Positions 11,560 to 24,534 of a stretch of 64,000 nucleotides of DNA are shown here, in pieces. Below the pieces are notes generated by a model. The model made no database searches. It had not been told where the DNA came from and was given only the letters and a program-made list of their open reading frames with translations. The DNA comes from Auanema rhodensis (lineage: Eukaryota; Animalia; Nematoda), in the NCBI GenBank assembly GCA_964057225.1, contig OZ059899.1:5146001-5210000 (forward strand), in the 5' to 3' direction. The position numbers were made by a program, and so were the translations under genes. The number at the start of each line of letters is the position of its first letter. The first letter of the stretch is position 1.

Positions 11560-13185
11560 TTTCTGTGAATAAAACATGAAGTTAACCAAAAACAAATAGA
11601 TTTTAACAGATTATACAAATAGATAATAAGTATTTTGTTGTTAAAATACCTATATAATCTTTAAAATTAACAAATTATTAGTTCAAACGATAGAAGAAAG
11701 TAAGAAATGTTAAGAAGATTTAAGATAAATTCTAATATTGTATTGAGGGCAGTATGAGGTCAATCAAACACATAACAAAATTTTTTGTTATAATCATAAC
11801 GAATTTACATATTTATATATATATAATGAAAAATGTTTTAAACAATATGGATGGTATCTATGAATGAACTTTATCAAAACTCAGTCGCCCTTATAAGGCT
11901 GAGTTAAGCTGACATCGCTAGTAGGCGGTACTTTGGTTAGTATTCGAACAAAAAAGGCGAAGAGCGGAAGGATTAAGAAGAAGCTCAAATGAAAAGTAAA
12001 AAAATATAAAAGTAAAAGAAGTAAGCAAAGAAAAGAATGAAAGAAGTAAGATAAAATAGAAGATTATCTAACATGAGAAAGAGACAGATAACTACAAAAC
12101 AGTGAAAAGAGATCGAGGAGAAGAGTATGAAGTAAAGTAAAATGCAATGAAAGGAAGTTGATTTGAAATAGACAAATCAGAAAAAAGAGAAATTTGATGA
12201 GAAAACAGTCGACGTCATCATACGTGAGGATGACATATAATCAGCGGATACGGATGACCAATACGAAGAAGTAGTTCGTGTGGTGATGACGAAGCCATAT
12301 TACCATGTAGTTAAACAGTACTGACTAAGATAAAACTTTCTAATTCTAACTAAATAATTAAAAATTAAAAAAAAGGTTTAAAGAATTTTATTTTTAAAAA
12401 TATTTTTGCTTTATATATATTTTGTATAGAAATAACTATTTAATTCAGATGAAGTGAACACTTGTCCTCGAGATAGATAGAAAGCATTAACAACATAAGC
12501 CATGACTTTTTCAAGTTTTATATAAAACTTCTAAAGCTTTTGAAGTGGCGATTTAGGAACAATCGTAATTTTCTTATTCTTTTCTAGGCTTCTTATAGAT
12601 TTTGTCGAGATTCTGAAGGTCAATCAGTTTTCATTGGCCACACACATTGCCGTGCGAATTTGCAAAAAGTACAGAACGATGTGCCAATACAGGAAAAGAA
12701 AGAAATTAGAGAATGACGTAATATTTGATGAAGAAAGTCGATCTACATGTGAAGCAACATTGTAGAATTTAATTTATTTTTGTTTAATTTAAGGAATTAC
12801 GAGGTTCAACAAGAGAAATATGTTTTGAACAAAAAATACATGAATAGATTATAGTTATGAAGTATCTTAGAATAATAGATGTAACAGATAAAACAAAATA
12901 AATTTTATAAAAGTTAAAAGAATTTGAAAATGAAATTACCTATAGTTCGTTTTATGTTTTACTGATTGTTGAAAGTGAATGTTATAGCAATAACTCATGT
13001 AATAGGACCACAATGAACATAACAAACATGATGATGTTAATGAAGAGAATAGAAGAGAAGAAGAAAGCATAAATGACTGACATTAATGATTGCCCGAGGG
13101 CATATAAGCTAATCGGATCAGACACAAGGTAGTGATTGAGAAGATAATCAATATATATAATTATTATATATGTATATACTATCTA

Positions 13186-13188
<3 letters not shown>

Positions 13189-13222
<34 letters not shown>
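13189..13222. repeat. (TA)17 microsatellite
   Basis: Uninterrupted TA run. Confidence 0.95.
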
Positions 13223-13229
<7 letters not shown>

Positions 13230-14685
13230 AATTTTTATAAAAAGTAATTTAATTTTTACTGAAGTGCACATGCGTATAGAGGTGTGTATGTGTCATTCAA
13301 GATAATCTTAGAAACTATGATTGAACAAGCAAAAGAGTACATTTCATTGCTCTTTTGACTTCTATTTTCTGATAAATACAATAATGAATAAGTAAATCTT
13401 GTAAAATCATAGACTGATAATCAACAGCAGATCATTAATATTCGAAACATCATTCAACTGAACTCTTTAAACATAATCTATAGAATAGAAGCTTGATAAC
13501 GTAGGTTGCAAAAGCTGAAAATGCTGAGCAATTGATGACGACCATCATTTGAAAATGGCCAATTAACAAATACATAGATAAACAACAAAGAAAAAGAACA
13601 TTGGCTACCTTCTGAAGAAAAACGACAATTGTTTGTATGTTTGTGTCATATAAAGTCAAGAATCAAACAAGTCATTAGTTAGGCAATACTTCAATAGGAG
13701 AAAACCCAGAAGACACCTATGCCTTCAAGCAAAATGGAAAACGAAAACGCATGTTCTTCATAGAAATGCTTTCAACAGGCGCCAACAACTGGTTTCTAAG
13801 GTTGGCATGCCATTCCCAATATAACGGCAGATAATACATAGTTTCATGTTAATGAAGCATAAGATAAGAGGTTTGAAAAGAAGAAACTGGTTAAAAAGAA
13901 ATTTAAGTAAGGTAAAGTTTGATATAAGAAGAAACAAACAGTTTTAACTTTTATAAACATTTTTATTCATTAAAGTTAAAAGTAAAAATCTAAAAGCTAG
14001 CACAGTAGTGAACACAAAAACGAAATGAAAATCTTGGAAGGAATTAGTGAAATTCCATGACTAGAATTTTTCGCAGCACAAAGGTCGGCCTCTTCGTCAT
14101 GGCATCAGCTTAGCCATCTGAAGCCTACTACGCAAGATGAACGACAAGGTACAGAACTAGACATGCAATGATCACGAATCATCATAGTGGAACTGAGATA
14201 GTCCAAGGTCTGAGTACTGCTAGCTGGTGAGACAAATCGGCTTCTGAATTGAGCTCAAGTGAAAGTTGAAGCTGTCACCGATGCCAACGATAATCATATG
14301 AATACACGATGAGAAGGATCACAGCGAAAATGGTACATTGAACAAAATGTCACGGTTAGCACTATTTTTTGAAAAAAACCATAACTTCCGTTCATAAAAA
14401 TGATGTCTTCCCTCATTGTCATAGTACATAAACAACTTGACAATATTTCATTCACAGGTAAACTAATGGGATCAACGATTAAACAATCAAATAAGTAATT
14501 TCTACATTATCATTTCTTTTCAGAATAATGTTTTTTGGAAAACAAAGCGCTACAAACAATAATTATAAAAGATGATTTACTATATTTTGAAATGAATTTC
14601 ATTTCATAAACTTGTCGTTTAATTCATTGAAAATCTTTTTTTTGCAATATTTCTAAATTTTCATTGCTTTGACGTAATACCTACT

Positions 14686-14711
14686 TGATTTACGTGATTT
14701 ACGTGATTTAC
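14686..14711. repeat. Tandem 9-mer TGATTTACG, about 3 copies
   Basis: tgatttacg tgatttacg tgatttac read directly. Confidence 0.85.
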
Positions 14712-16031
14712 TTCATTTAATTTATTACGCAATTTCAGAATGGTTGCCTATCTTTACTATCGCTCTCTTCTTTCTATCTCTTTTTTCTTTCAGCAACAAC
14801 TAACAATCTTTATTCATTCTTAAACAAACTATTCTCGAGACAGCCAGTAGTTCTTCAAAATACTTACTTCGTACTCGTTTGACTTTTTTCTTTTGTTAGC
14901 ATAACATATTAACGTAGATGCTGACCAATTCCATTACCTAACGGTCCTGTTTCCATTTTTGCATAAACATCTCTATCAAAATTATTATTTACAATACTTC
15001 ACAACATCTACATGTCACTCGTTTTTAAAATATCTTGCAATAGTATGTGCCTGTTCACAGTTTTCGTATACTTGAACTATTCCATATATGACAACCTTCT
15101 CAACTTTTTATTGTTTGTTTTAACTTAATGACTTTGCTTTTACTTTACTGAAAAACTAGAGGGACATAAGCAAAGCCTAAAAAAGTATTTTCTTAAGTCG
15201 CCGCTCTATGATTTGGAAAGGGTCCGAATCGAGAACTACAGTGTTTAATAGTTTGGCCACACGCCAGTGGCGTTTTATTTTCTAATCTACTGAGTCAATT
15301 TCCCTGCTTTTCCTTTGACCATTGAAAACGTCACTTCCGACTGCTTCTTTTATGTGATTTCTATGACCTAGACCAAGTGGTGAAAAGTACGGTACTAAGT
15401 AAAAAGGGGGTTTACATTAAAAACATATGAACACAGATAAAAATATATACATTTATTTCTATATAAAGAGCATATTACAATAGCTACAGCTATGAGTTAT
15501 GGACAAAGAATAGCAACAACTTAATCATGAAGAAATAGATACGTAGCAGTTCGAAAATGAAAATAAATTTAAAGAAAAAATTAGAAAAACTGAAAATAAA
15601 TAAAATATATTAATTAAGTAACCGTACAAAATGACATCAATGAATGTTGAGGACGGTCTCGTAATTTTTTAGCAAAAGAATCTGCATATACCGGCAACAT
15701 TGGTTATTGTGAAGAATACACATAGAAAAGGAGAAAGCGTTAAAGTACTACTAGATAGATAGATAGATGAAGAAAAAAGAAAGTAAGAGCGAACGAGAGA
15801 GCGAGAGCGATCTAGAGAAGAAGTAAGTATTATAAAACCCGTATGAATAGCACAGAAAACATAGAAAACAAAAGGAAGTCATATGAGGAAGATATGAGAA
15901 TATAAGTGATGATATGGAATACAATTTCTCGTTTGTATGGCTGCAGGATATTTGGATAAAGTTTTGATGGAAAAAGCTATACCATGCTTGCTTCTATCGT
16001 ATTCATAGAATTTTCTTCCATTTCAGAAGTT

Positions 16032-19000
16032 TCAACAAGCCACGTCAGTATCACTTGTCTCCTGCTCACCATCATATTCGTTTGTGGGTCTTCGTTGGCG
16101 TCGATTTGGTACAAACAACTGATCACCGACATCAGCTTCGCTATCAGATGAATTAGGAACGATAACTTCACGAGCAGGTACATTCACATGACTACGCCTT
16201 CTGTAAAAATAACATTTAGATTTCAAAAATCTCAATAAGTGTATTATTTCGGAACAGAAACTTACCCAGTTCCATGAGCTGAGCTAAAACTACCATGCCG
16301 CTTGGAATTTGTTTTTGGTCTTCCAGACCCGGAGCGGAAGCTGGAACTGGGTGAAAAGTGACGAACAGGTGAGCAGCAGGCATCACGTCTGAAGCCAAAA
16401 CGGTTCAATATTGTTCTACGAGCTTAACTGCTGAAAGGGACCAGCTCTACAACTACAACGACGCACCTACCTTGAAATTGTATCAGAAGATTGTTCAACT
16501 CCGGATACCCCCGAATCAGCGTCTTCATTCTGTTTAGCAGAACTGGAGCAAGAGCGATTGCTGTTATTTTTCACAACCTCCTTCTCTTCAATAATAACCT
16601 GAAAGTAATAAAATAAATATATGACTATAAAGAACATATGATTTCTAACCGAGTTATTAATTGAACGCTGCGGATTATGGTGACGGTGGACAGAAACTGC
16701 AGATGAGCAACCCGAGGAAGTAGAGCAGCAATTCTGTACACCATATGAAGGAGTTTTGAAGATATTGAACAATTCAAATGATCGATACTATAATATGATT
16801 ATTAATGAAATAATAATGCACTTTGCGATACCTTATTATTTTCATCTAAGTAATGGAACTCATACATTGCTTCATGATGCCTAGTGTATTCTATAACATG
16901 CTCAAGACTATCTTGTTCATTTCCACATGTCCAGGAAGCATCATCTTTCGTAACAGAAGATTTGTTCTTGGATAAAGCCATCTGAAATCATCATCTAATT
17001 TATTAAATAAATAAATAAACTCACAGATCGTCTGCGATCTCTCTCCTTCAGAGCTGCAGACTCACGCAAAGCCTCGGCGCTAGGCTCAATTACGAACTCA
17101 CGACCAAGGGATTGAGAATGATTTGATGGTTTCTGTTCTAATTCGGTCAGAGCAACAGAACAAGAAAAACGACTATAACGTGACTTTTGGAACTCAATTT
17201 CGCTAAGAATGAATTCAGTAACGCTCTGTAATCGTTCAACAAGCCAATCAGGAGCTATAGTTTGAACTGCCATTGTTAACAGACTGTAAATAGTGATTAT
17301 CAAAGAACAGAATTAACAGAGAAACATACTTTTGAGCTAAAATAAAAGTCATGTCTAATGGTAGTTTACTGATTCCCATTGCTGTACGAGCAATTCTAAC
17401 CATTCGGAATGACATTAGATATTTAAACATTGAACTTTCAGCAGCCACAGCATCATCGAAGGCTAAATATTCATTTTTATTTTGGAGATTGAAATTTGGC
17501 TTACTGGCTCTCAAAATTTTTGGGAAAAAATCACTGATATCTGATGGATACATGTGTTCTGAACTTTCACAGCAAACCTCACATTCGCTTGGATCCATTC
17601 GACGACTGAAAAAGCATCAACAGATATATAATTTAAAAGATAACACTTACGTAGCTCTAGTACTTGTTAATCTATTCCTTTGTGTAGTTTGCGGGCTTGG
17701 CCCCTTTCTTCCATCAGCCGGAATTGAGATCATTCCTGTTATCAACTGATCAACATTAGTTTGAACTGTTAAACAACGGATGCATGGTGCCATTCCTGTT
17801 TCGATATATATATTATTAAATCACAGGTAGAAAACTCTCACCATTACGAGCTAAAAATCTGAGTGCATCCTCGAAACCTTGCAAACACATTCTAGAACAA
17901 TCTTCAGTAGAAGGAGGCATGAGACATGCTGTTAAACGGAATAAGTTCCTGGTAGTGAAACGTATGGAAGTGTTGGAAAAGCTGATGCCAAACAAACTGA
18001 AAAATAGTTATGAAATTGAATAGAAGATCAATAATCGTACCTGGCTGAATCCCAATCTAGAGGGCATATATCCGATTCTCCGGAAAATGGACTAACTGAC
18101 ACAGCATGATCATCATAAGCGGGTTGATTATCAGTGAAACCTCCATCAATATATGCAACACCACGGAATGTTGGTGCTGTAAGGCCACAGTAAATAGGAA
18201 TGAAACAACTACATATAATAGCCTAAAAATAAATATAAATTAAGATTATAATTTTCGATAATTAATATATTACATCAATTAATTCTTCATTTGAATCATA
18301 CTCATCTACGACAACATTTTTACTGTCAACCCATCGGGTCAATGAGATCTGTAGTCGGTTAGTACATCTGAAATAAAAACAATGTTCATTCTTTCATATC
18401 GCTAAAATCATCTCAAATTCTTTCAAACAGGAATGCAATGTTAGCAATGTTATATGCTTATCATCATCAATTTCAGAATGCTTACGAACAGGTCGATGTC
18501 CACAATGAACAAAGAAACACGATACGAAAGCTCACAAAGTCAAAAACTTAAAACTTACAATTTATAGGCATTAGGTGGTAGAGTTTTCTCCAATTCTTCT
18601 CGGACTAGTCCGAGAAGATTGAAAGCGGGATGAAGGGGTCCTAATGATCGCGAGCGAGCCTGAAACGTCGAAACAATAGGAAATTATTCTTTTAAAATCA
18701 TTTTTCGGATATTATATAATATGTAACTAAAAATAGAAGCCAAAAGATTTTGTTCTTATCAAATAAAAGAAGATAAAATATTTCAGTGAAACGACATAAA
18801 ATCTAAAAAACCTATCATTATACAGATCACACGGAAGAACATATTGAACTATACAATTTCAAAAGTTTCGAGGAGTGATAAGATTAAAGTTTACGATAAG
18901 ATTATACCCAAACTAAACGTACTTTTGAAAAGAAATTTTAAAAATTAAGAAATAAATAATTATTCCTTACCTGTGTTACAATTTTCAAAATTGTGCTAGT

Positions 19001-19243
19001 AGCTTTTGAAATACAGACATCACAGATTAATCCAGCTGCAACAATTGAGCCAGCAGATGCCCCACAAATCTTATTTTGAGTTAACTGAGGTGCATACTCC
19101 TTTAACAATATGTTTGTTACAACCGAAAAAAGTTCAGATCTTACCTTGATGGCTGCTGCAACCCCTGCATAATATATACAAAGAAACCCACATCCAGAAA
19201 AAGATAAATTCATTTTTTGGGGAAAACTATTAACCATCGTCAT
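16032..19243 (-). CDS. atgl-1: Patatin-domain adipose triglyceride lipase (PNPLA2/ATGL)
   Basis: [17 protein letters not shown] oxyanion motif, GASAG nucleophile elbow, CSCFIP, DGG motif and [15 protein letters not shown] follows a TTTTCCAG acceptor. Stop at 16032-16034. Confidence 0.93.
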
Positions 19244-22200
19244 TTTCTGTCTGGAAAAAACACTATATAGATAAGAAAATGCGATAGTTTTCACAAAAAC
19301 AGCTGAAGAAATAAAAAAGGAGAAATAGTAATAAAAGCATATTGCATAAAAATCAATAAAAGGACAACAAATATTCTAGTTGTTTCATTTATACCCCAAT
19401 CGCTGTAAAATGAAAGGAGGTTAAATCTTCAGAATGAAATTATAAAAAACTTGATAAACTCAGAAATATAATCTACAATGCATTATCAAAATATAAAAAA
19501 AGACATCATAAATATTGAAAATGTGTGACTAAAAAGAATAAATGATAACAGAATAGAACAGCATCGACTAAATACAAATTTCTATTTTGGGACATCTGCA
19601 AAAGACAAAAAAAATCAAAGACACATTTCGATTTTTGAAAAATATATATGCGACCGTGCAGCGCTACTTGAACAGGAAAAATGATAAAACTAATCATGAG
19701 CAGGCGTTACACGAGTGACTCATATAATCACGTGCAGTACGTAGAAATGGACTTACAGCATATTCTTCAAAATCCATGTTATAACTCCAATTATTCAAAA
19801 ATTAAAAGAAGAATCATTGAAACATTACAAACATTTTCGTTATTCGCTCAATCATAAACAAGTTTTTTAGGTAAAAATGAAATATTAAAGCCTGGCTATT
19901 GTAGTAATAAGTAAAATTTTCTAGAATAGAATAAGAAAATATTACGAGTAAAGTTAAAAATAACGAAACCATCAAAAACATCTTTCGAAATATATAAAAG
20001 CTACATGGTTTTTGAGTAAAACGCAGCAAAAGCAAAATTGAGTATGAATTGCGCAAGAAGATCCAAAGAATACCTAATAATAATCAAATACACTGTGTCA
20101 CAGTATCAACTTCATGCGAAAATTGAAAAACGATAAAGAGGTCAATTTTCAAAAGGGAGATGGCATGATGATGACAATATCTGCAGATTACGTGGGATGA
20201 CACTGTTAATATATTATGTTCAATAAAACACTTGCATTGAAAATAACAAGAAAATAAATATAAGACACAAAATCCAAACGCATTTCTTCTCTCGCCATAA
20301 CGATTACACTGTTAATAACTTGGAAAAAAACATTAATAGCTACTTTTGATGATTAAATTGACTTCAACATATATTAAGTTCATTTTAAGTAGAGATTGAA
20401 ATGAAAAATAAATTATAATGAGGTGAGAAGGAACATATGTTGAAGATGAAAGGAGATAGCATGAAACGAGAGGCTTGTTCAAGATTCTTCAGGATTAGAA
20501 AATCAATTTGAAGCACAAGACTACGGCATATGTTTCATCAAATGAAAATGTGTGCAGCAAGCATGTTGTATCCGCGATATGTTTTTTAAAAAATATAGTC
20601 CATGTGTTGATGGTAGAAAGTTACAGCAGTTATAAATGTAATAAAAGCCTAAGAAATCAAAATTTTCTAACAGTTTGACAACAACTGCTATTGTAAATAT
20701 TTCAAAATTTGATTTCTAGACTTTTATTTGAGACAGTGGATACATATTGGAAAGATTTTGAGAAAAACATTGATATACAAGGATAAGTAAAGAGAAATAA
20801 TAGAGATAACACATTAATACCAAGCAAAAATTGAGCTGGTAATAAGAAACAGGCACACATGTAGACGAAAGAAATTCACAAGTCTGATTCGTAGTGTAGT
20901 ACATCACTAAAACTTAATGTTCAGATTAATATACAAAAGAAGAAAGAAACATAATTGAAAAGTAAGAGATAGAGACCGTAACGTGGCGATAGCCATATAA
21001 TAATTGCACTTGCTTCAAAATAAGACGTACGGAGGGCAAATGCTAACAAACAAGCTTACTTGTTCTTTAATAGAGCCTCATCATAATGAAGAGAACTGTT
21101 GAAACAATTGATGAGCTTTGAAAAGAAAAAAATTTTAAAATTTAGAATTTATTTTATTATATTGAATATTATATTATATAAATATAAAATGCAAATATAA
21201 AAAGAAAAAATCAAAAGGGTTGATGAATGCGTACGACTAAAATTCAAAATAGATAATTACAATAATCAATGCTGAAGAAAGACGGCAAATGTTGAAAAAA
21301 CCTGTCATCTATTCTGACAGTAACTGCAAGCTGAACAACATGAAAGTTTTAAATAAGAAAAGCTGTTTGACCCCAAAATAGGTTGTTACAGTTTAAATAC
21401 TGAAAGCGGAAGGAGACGTATAAATGCGATATTTACCCTATGAGAATTATCAGTGTTAGGTGCATATGACTGGAAACAAAAGAAAAGATAGTAGTGAAAC
21501 ATAAAATCATTGAAAAAATAAATAGCTCAAATATCACAAATAAAATATTTTTTGGCATGGTACAGGGACAATAACAGGAAAATTTAGGCTGGAAATGGTA
21601 GATAGAATGATTATATTTATCAGAAAAGATGCCGTCATATTCGAGAAGCAATAGCAACATGTTGGAAAGATATCTTGGTATCTGGTTTGCAATGTGTGGA
21701 CCAAAATTCCGCCCTTTTTCCACGCTAAACCACGTGACAACATTTTACAATAACAGGATGTATTAGATTAAAGATGAACTGAACAGAGAGAAAGAGGGAG
21801 ATCTTGAAAGGATGGGTACGTCTATGAGAGAGATTAATCAGTGAGTAAAAAGAGATAAAATCAAGTGGCGCAAGAGAGAAAGTGCGAGAAAAGACTGAAA
21901 AGACAGTCGAGGGTGTAAGAAGAAGCTGCAGAATAACTCAGGATATTAAAGAGATACAAGAATCATAAAATCTTGGTGTAAAGAATAAGATGAACGTGAG
22001 CAAAAACACTGAGCCATAAGCAATATTCGAGAAAAGTCTGCGTTCATATTAGCCAAGGGCATATGGAAACGGTTCAATGAAAGAAGAAGTTGATCTTATG
22101 GTACTCGAGAGAAAATATGAGGTCATATAGATGGTTGAGTACTTATAGTAACGTTCACATAGCGGTAGAATGTGTGTGGTACAAAGGTGAATTGCAGTGT

Positions 22201-23790
22201 AAAAAAGTTTGATAAATCAATTGGAGACAAACTTCATCCAAAGTTGATTGTTGAGAAAATTTAAAATATAGTTAACATACTGAATTGAATAGACGATGAA
22301 AGTCTGGTTTAAGAAAAGTGCAAATATGACAGCAGAGTCTAAGGACTACTGATTGAAAAACAACTTTAAATTCTGAATTAATAAAATAGTTTATTAGTTT
22401 TTTCTCATACATACATATGAAGCTTAAATATACTTAAATAATGAAATGATGGTTTAAAATGTCCATATCCCAGGTAATATCATCCATCATTATCTTATAT
22501 ACGACAACTCTATTCTTCAGAAAGGATATACCAGTCTTTACAATACAAATACAATTTCGTTGATCACGGTTTCTTTTTTTTGAAAGATAATAGAAGAGCA
22601 CACTATACATACATGAAATGATTCAGGAAGCTGGACAATAAAAATAGTTCATGACTAATACAAATACAAATTTAAGGATATCATCTATATAAGGCAAAAG
22701 CAATAAGTTACTATATTTGGGCAGGCGGTGGGGGAGGGAATTAATTTCATAAATTAATTAGAAAGCCGGAGTGGTCGATGGGAAAGCGAGGGGGAAGAGA
22801 GACCGACAGGTTCTAAGTATCAAATATGCTCGATAACGAACCAGACAATAGAAAACACGTGTAAGATTGAAGACCAAAATAGGAGCGTACGATCACATGT
22901 GCAACTAAAAAGTGAAAAAATCAAGACACGAAAATGATATTAGGAACTTCTTGGGAAAAAATCATAAAAATTCTGAAAATGCCCCAGAGCATTGCTACAA
23001 TGGAGTACCGGTGTGCATATGTCTAAATAAGTGCGAAGACTGCATTTGGCTGACAGCAAAAAAGGCGAAAGGAATAAAATCACACCACGTGCGACCTTAA
23101 GAAAGTTTCATTCTTTTTTTCTTTTTCTCTCTTTCTATAATTACGGCATCAGGAAGTCTGGAAACAATGTTGTACTATCAGATGTCATCAGCCGATCACT
23201 TTTCATAGGCACATGATCTGTTTTACTTATCAGGTATAACGGACAGGACAAGAACCAGGGATGATAAGCAGCAGAGAAACAATGTGGTGTGCTTGACACC
23301 GACAGCGAGTGCTAGGTGAAAATCGAAACGAAACAAATGTATAAGAAAAAGTGAAAGATAAGACAAAGAAAAAGAAAACGACAACAGAGCCAAACTAGAA
23401 ACTGTACAGTATTTCTAAGGATACATAACCAATTTGAAAAACCCATATTGACTTCGTGCTTGAATTTAATAAGATTGGAATTAAGGTTCATATTCAATAT
23501 TTTAGGTTTCTTAATTTAACATTCGGTTTAAATATATATATATATATGAACCGAAAAAAAATAAAATGATGTGGGTCTATATCAGAAAAATCTTAAAAGG
23601 AGATAAGCACGCAGCTGTCCACTTATGCTGTACGAGGCAATACGCAAAGGAAGAGATGAAATGACGAACAAGACGCTGGGTAGGGTGTTCTGTCTTCCTT
23701 TCTTTCTCTAGCCTCTCCTACAGTTCTCGTCTTTCTCCCGCGCTCTCTCTCTATCTCTCGATCAGACCATATCTTCCACAAACTCATATG

Positions 23791-23800
23791 TCTGCGTCTC
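23791..23800. promoter_or_regulatory. TCTGCGTCTC (GAGACGCAGA, EOR-1/GAGA-like) nematode promoter or enhancer motif upstream of atgl-1
   Basis: Exact 10-mer within a CT-rich block. A second exact copy lies at 53942-53951. Confidence 0.5.
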
Positions 23801-24534
23801 TTTGGTATGCACTGTGTTACCGAGCAAGAGAATGAACCAAGAAGACAATAACACAACAGGTGTGGCTCAGCTGAGAATATCTTTTAAGTAAAACAAGGGG
23901 AACTCTTGGTCATACTATCCCGTTAGCTGAAAATATGTCGGAAACATGAGGAATTAGAGCCCTGGTATTATGCAATGATCTTGATTACAAAATAACGGAA
24001 AACTATATGACAATCACAAGTATGACACCATTGTAGGAACAAAATGAGGTGATGTACTGAAGTTGGTAAGTAAAATCAGGTCAGCAATATGGGAGAAACA
24101 AGAAGACAGAAAAGTAAAAGATGAATATTTGGTGAGAAAATCATATGGTAGTGTAGGATGCGATCTATCATAATAGGTTATCTTTAATAATTAAGTCTAA
24201 AAAAATGAATATAACATGAAAAAAAGATAAAACCCATTCAGCACCTAGAATAAATATAATGAAACAAGCATTTAGTTTTTTTGAGAAGATTGAACAACGT
24301 ATTCGGGGGGACGTTGGACTTTTGAACTGAAGACGCTAGTTAAGCATACCTAACTAGAACGATAGGAGCATGTGCAAATAAAAGTTAGACCTGGTATGAG
24401 CACATACACAACCCTATTTGCTCATTTCCAAACAAATATCTCGGCAGGTGGTCACCAAATTAGAAATCTATGCAGTGTAACTGCATTAATATTTTGATAA
24501 ATGCCTCAGGAGTTAATCAAATATTGCAAACGAT

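Noticed and set aside
13028-13080. ATGATGA...CTGA possible C/D snoRNA
   Set aside because: Too short, low-complexity purine interior, and no terminal stem
14058-14080. TGACTAGA start resembling the miR-44/miR-279 seed
   Set aside because: No convincing complementary arm for a pre-miRNA hairpin
14200-14215. AAGGTCTGAG resembling the RNase P RNA P4 5' strand
   Set aside because: Preceding bases do not fit and no matching CR-V strand lies downstream
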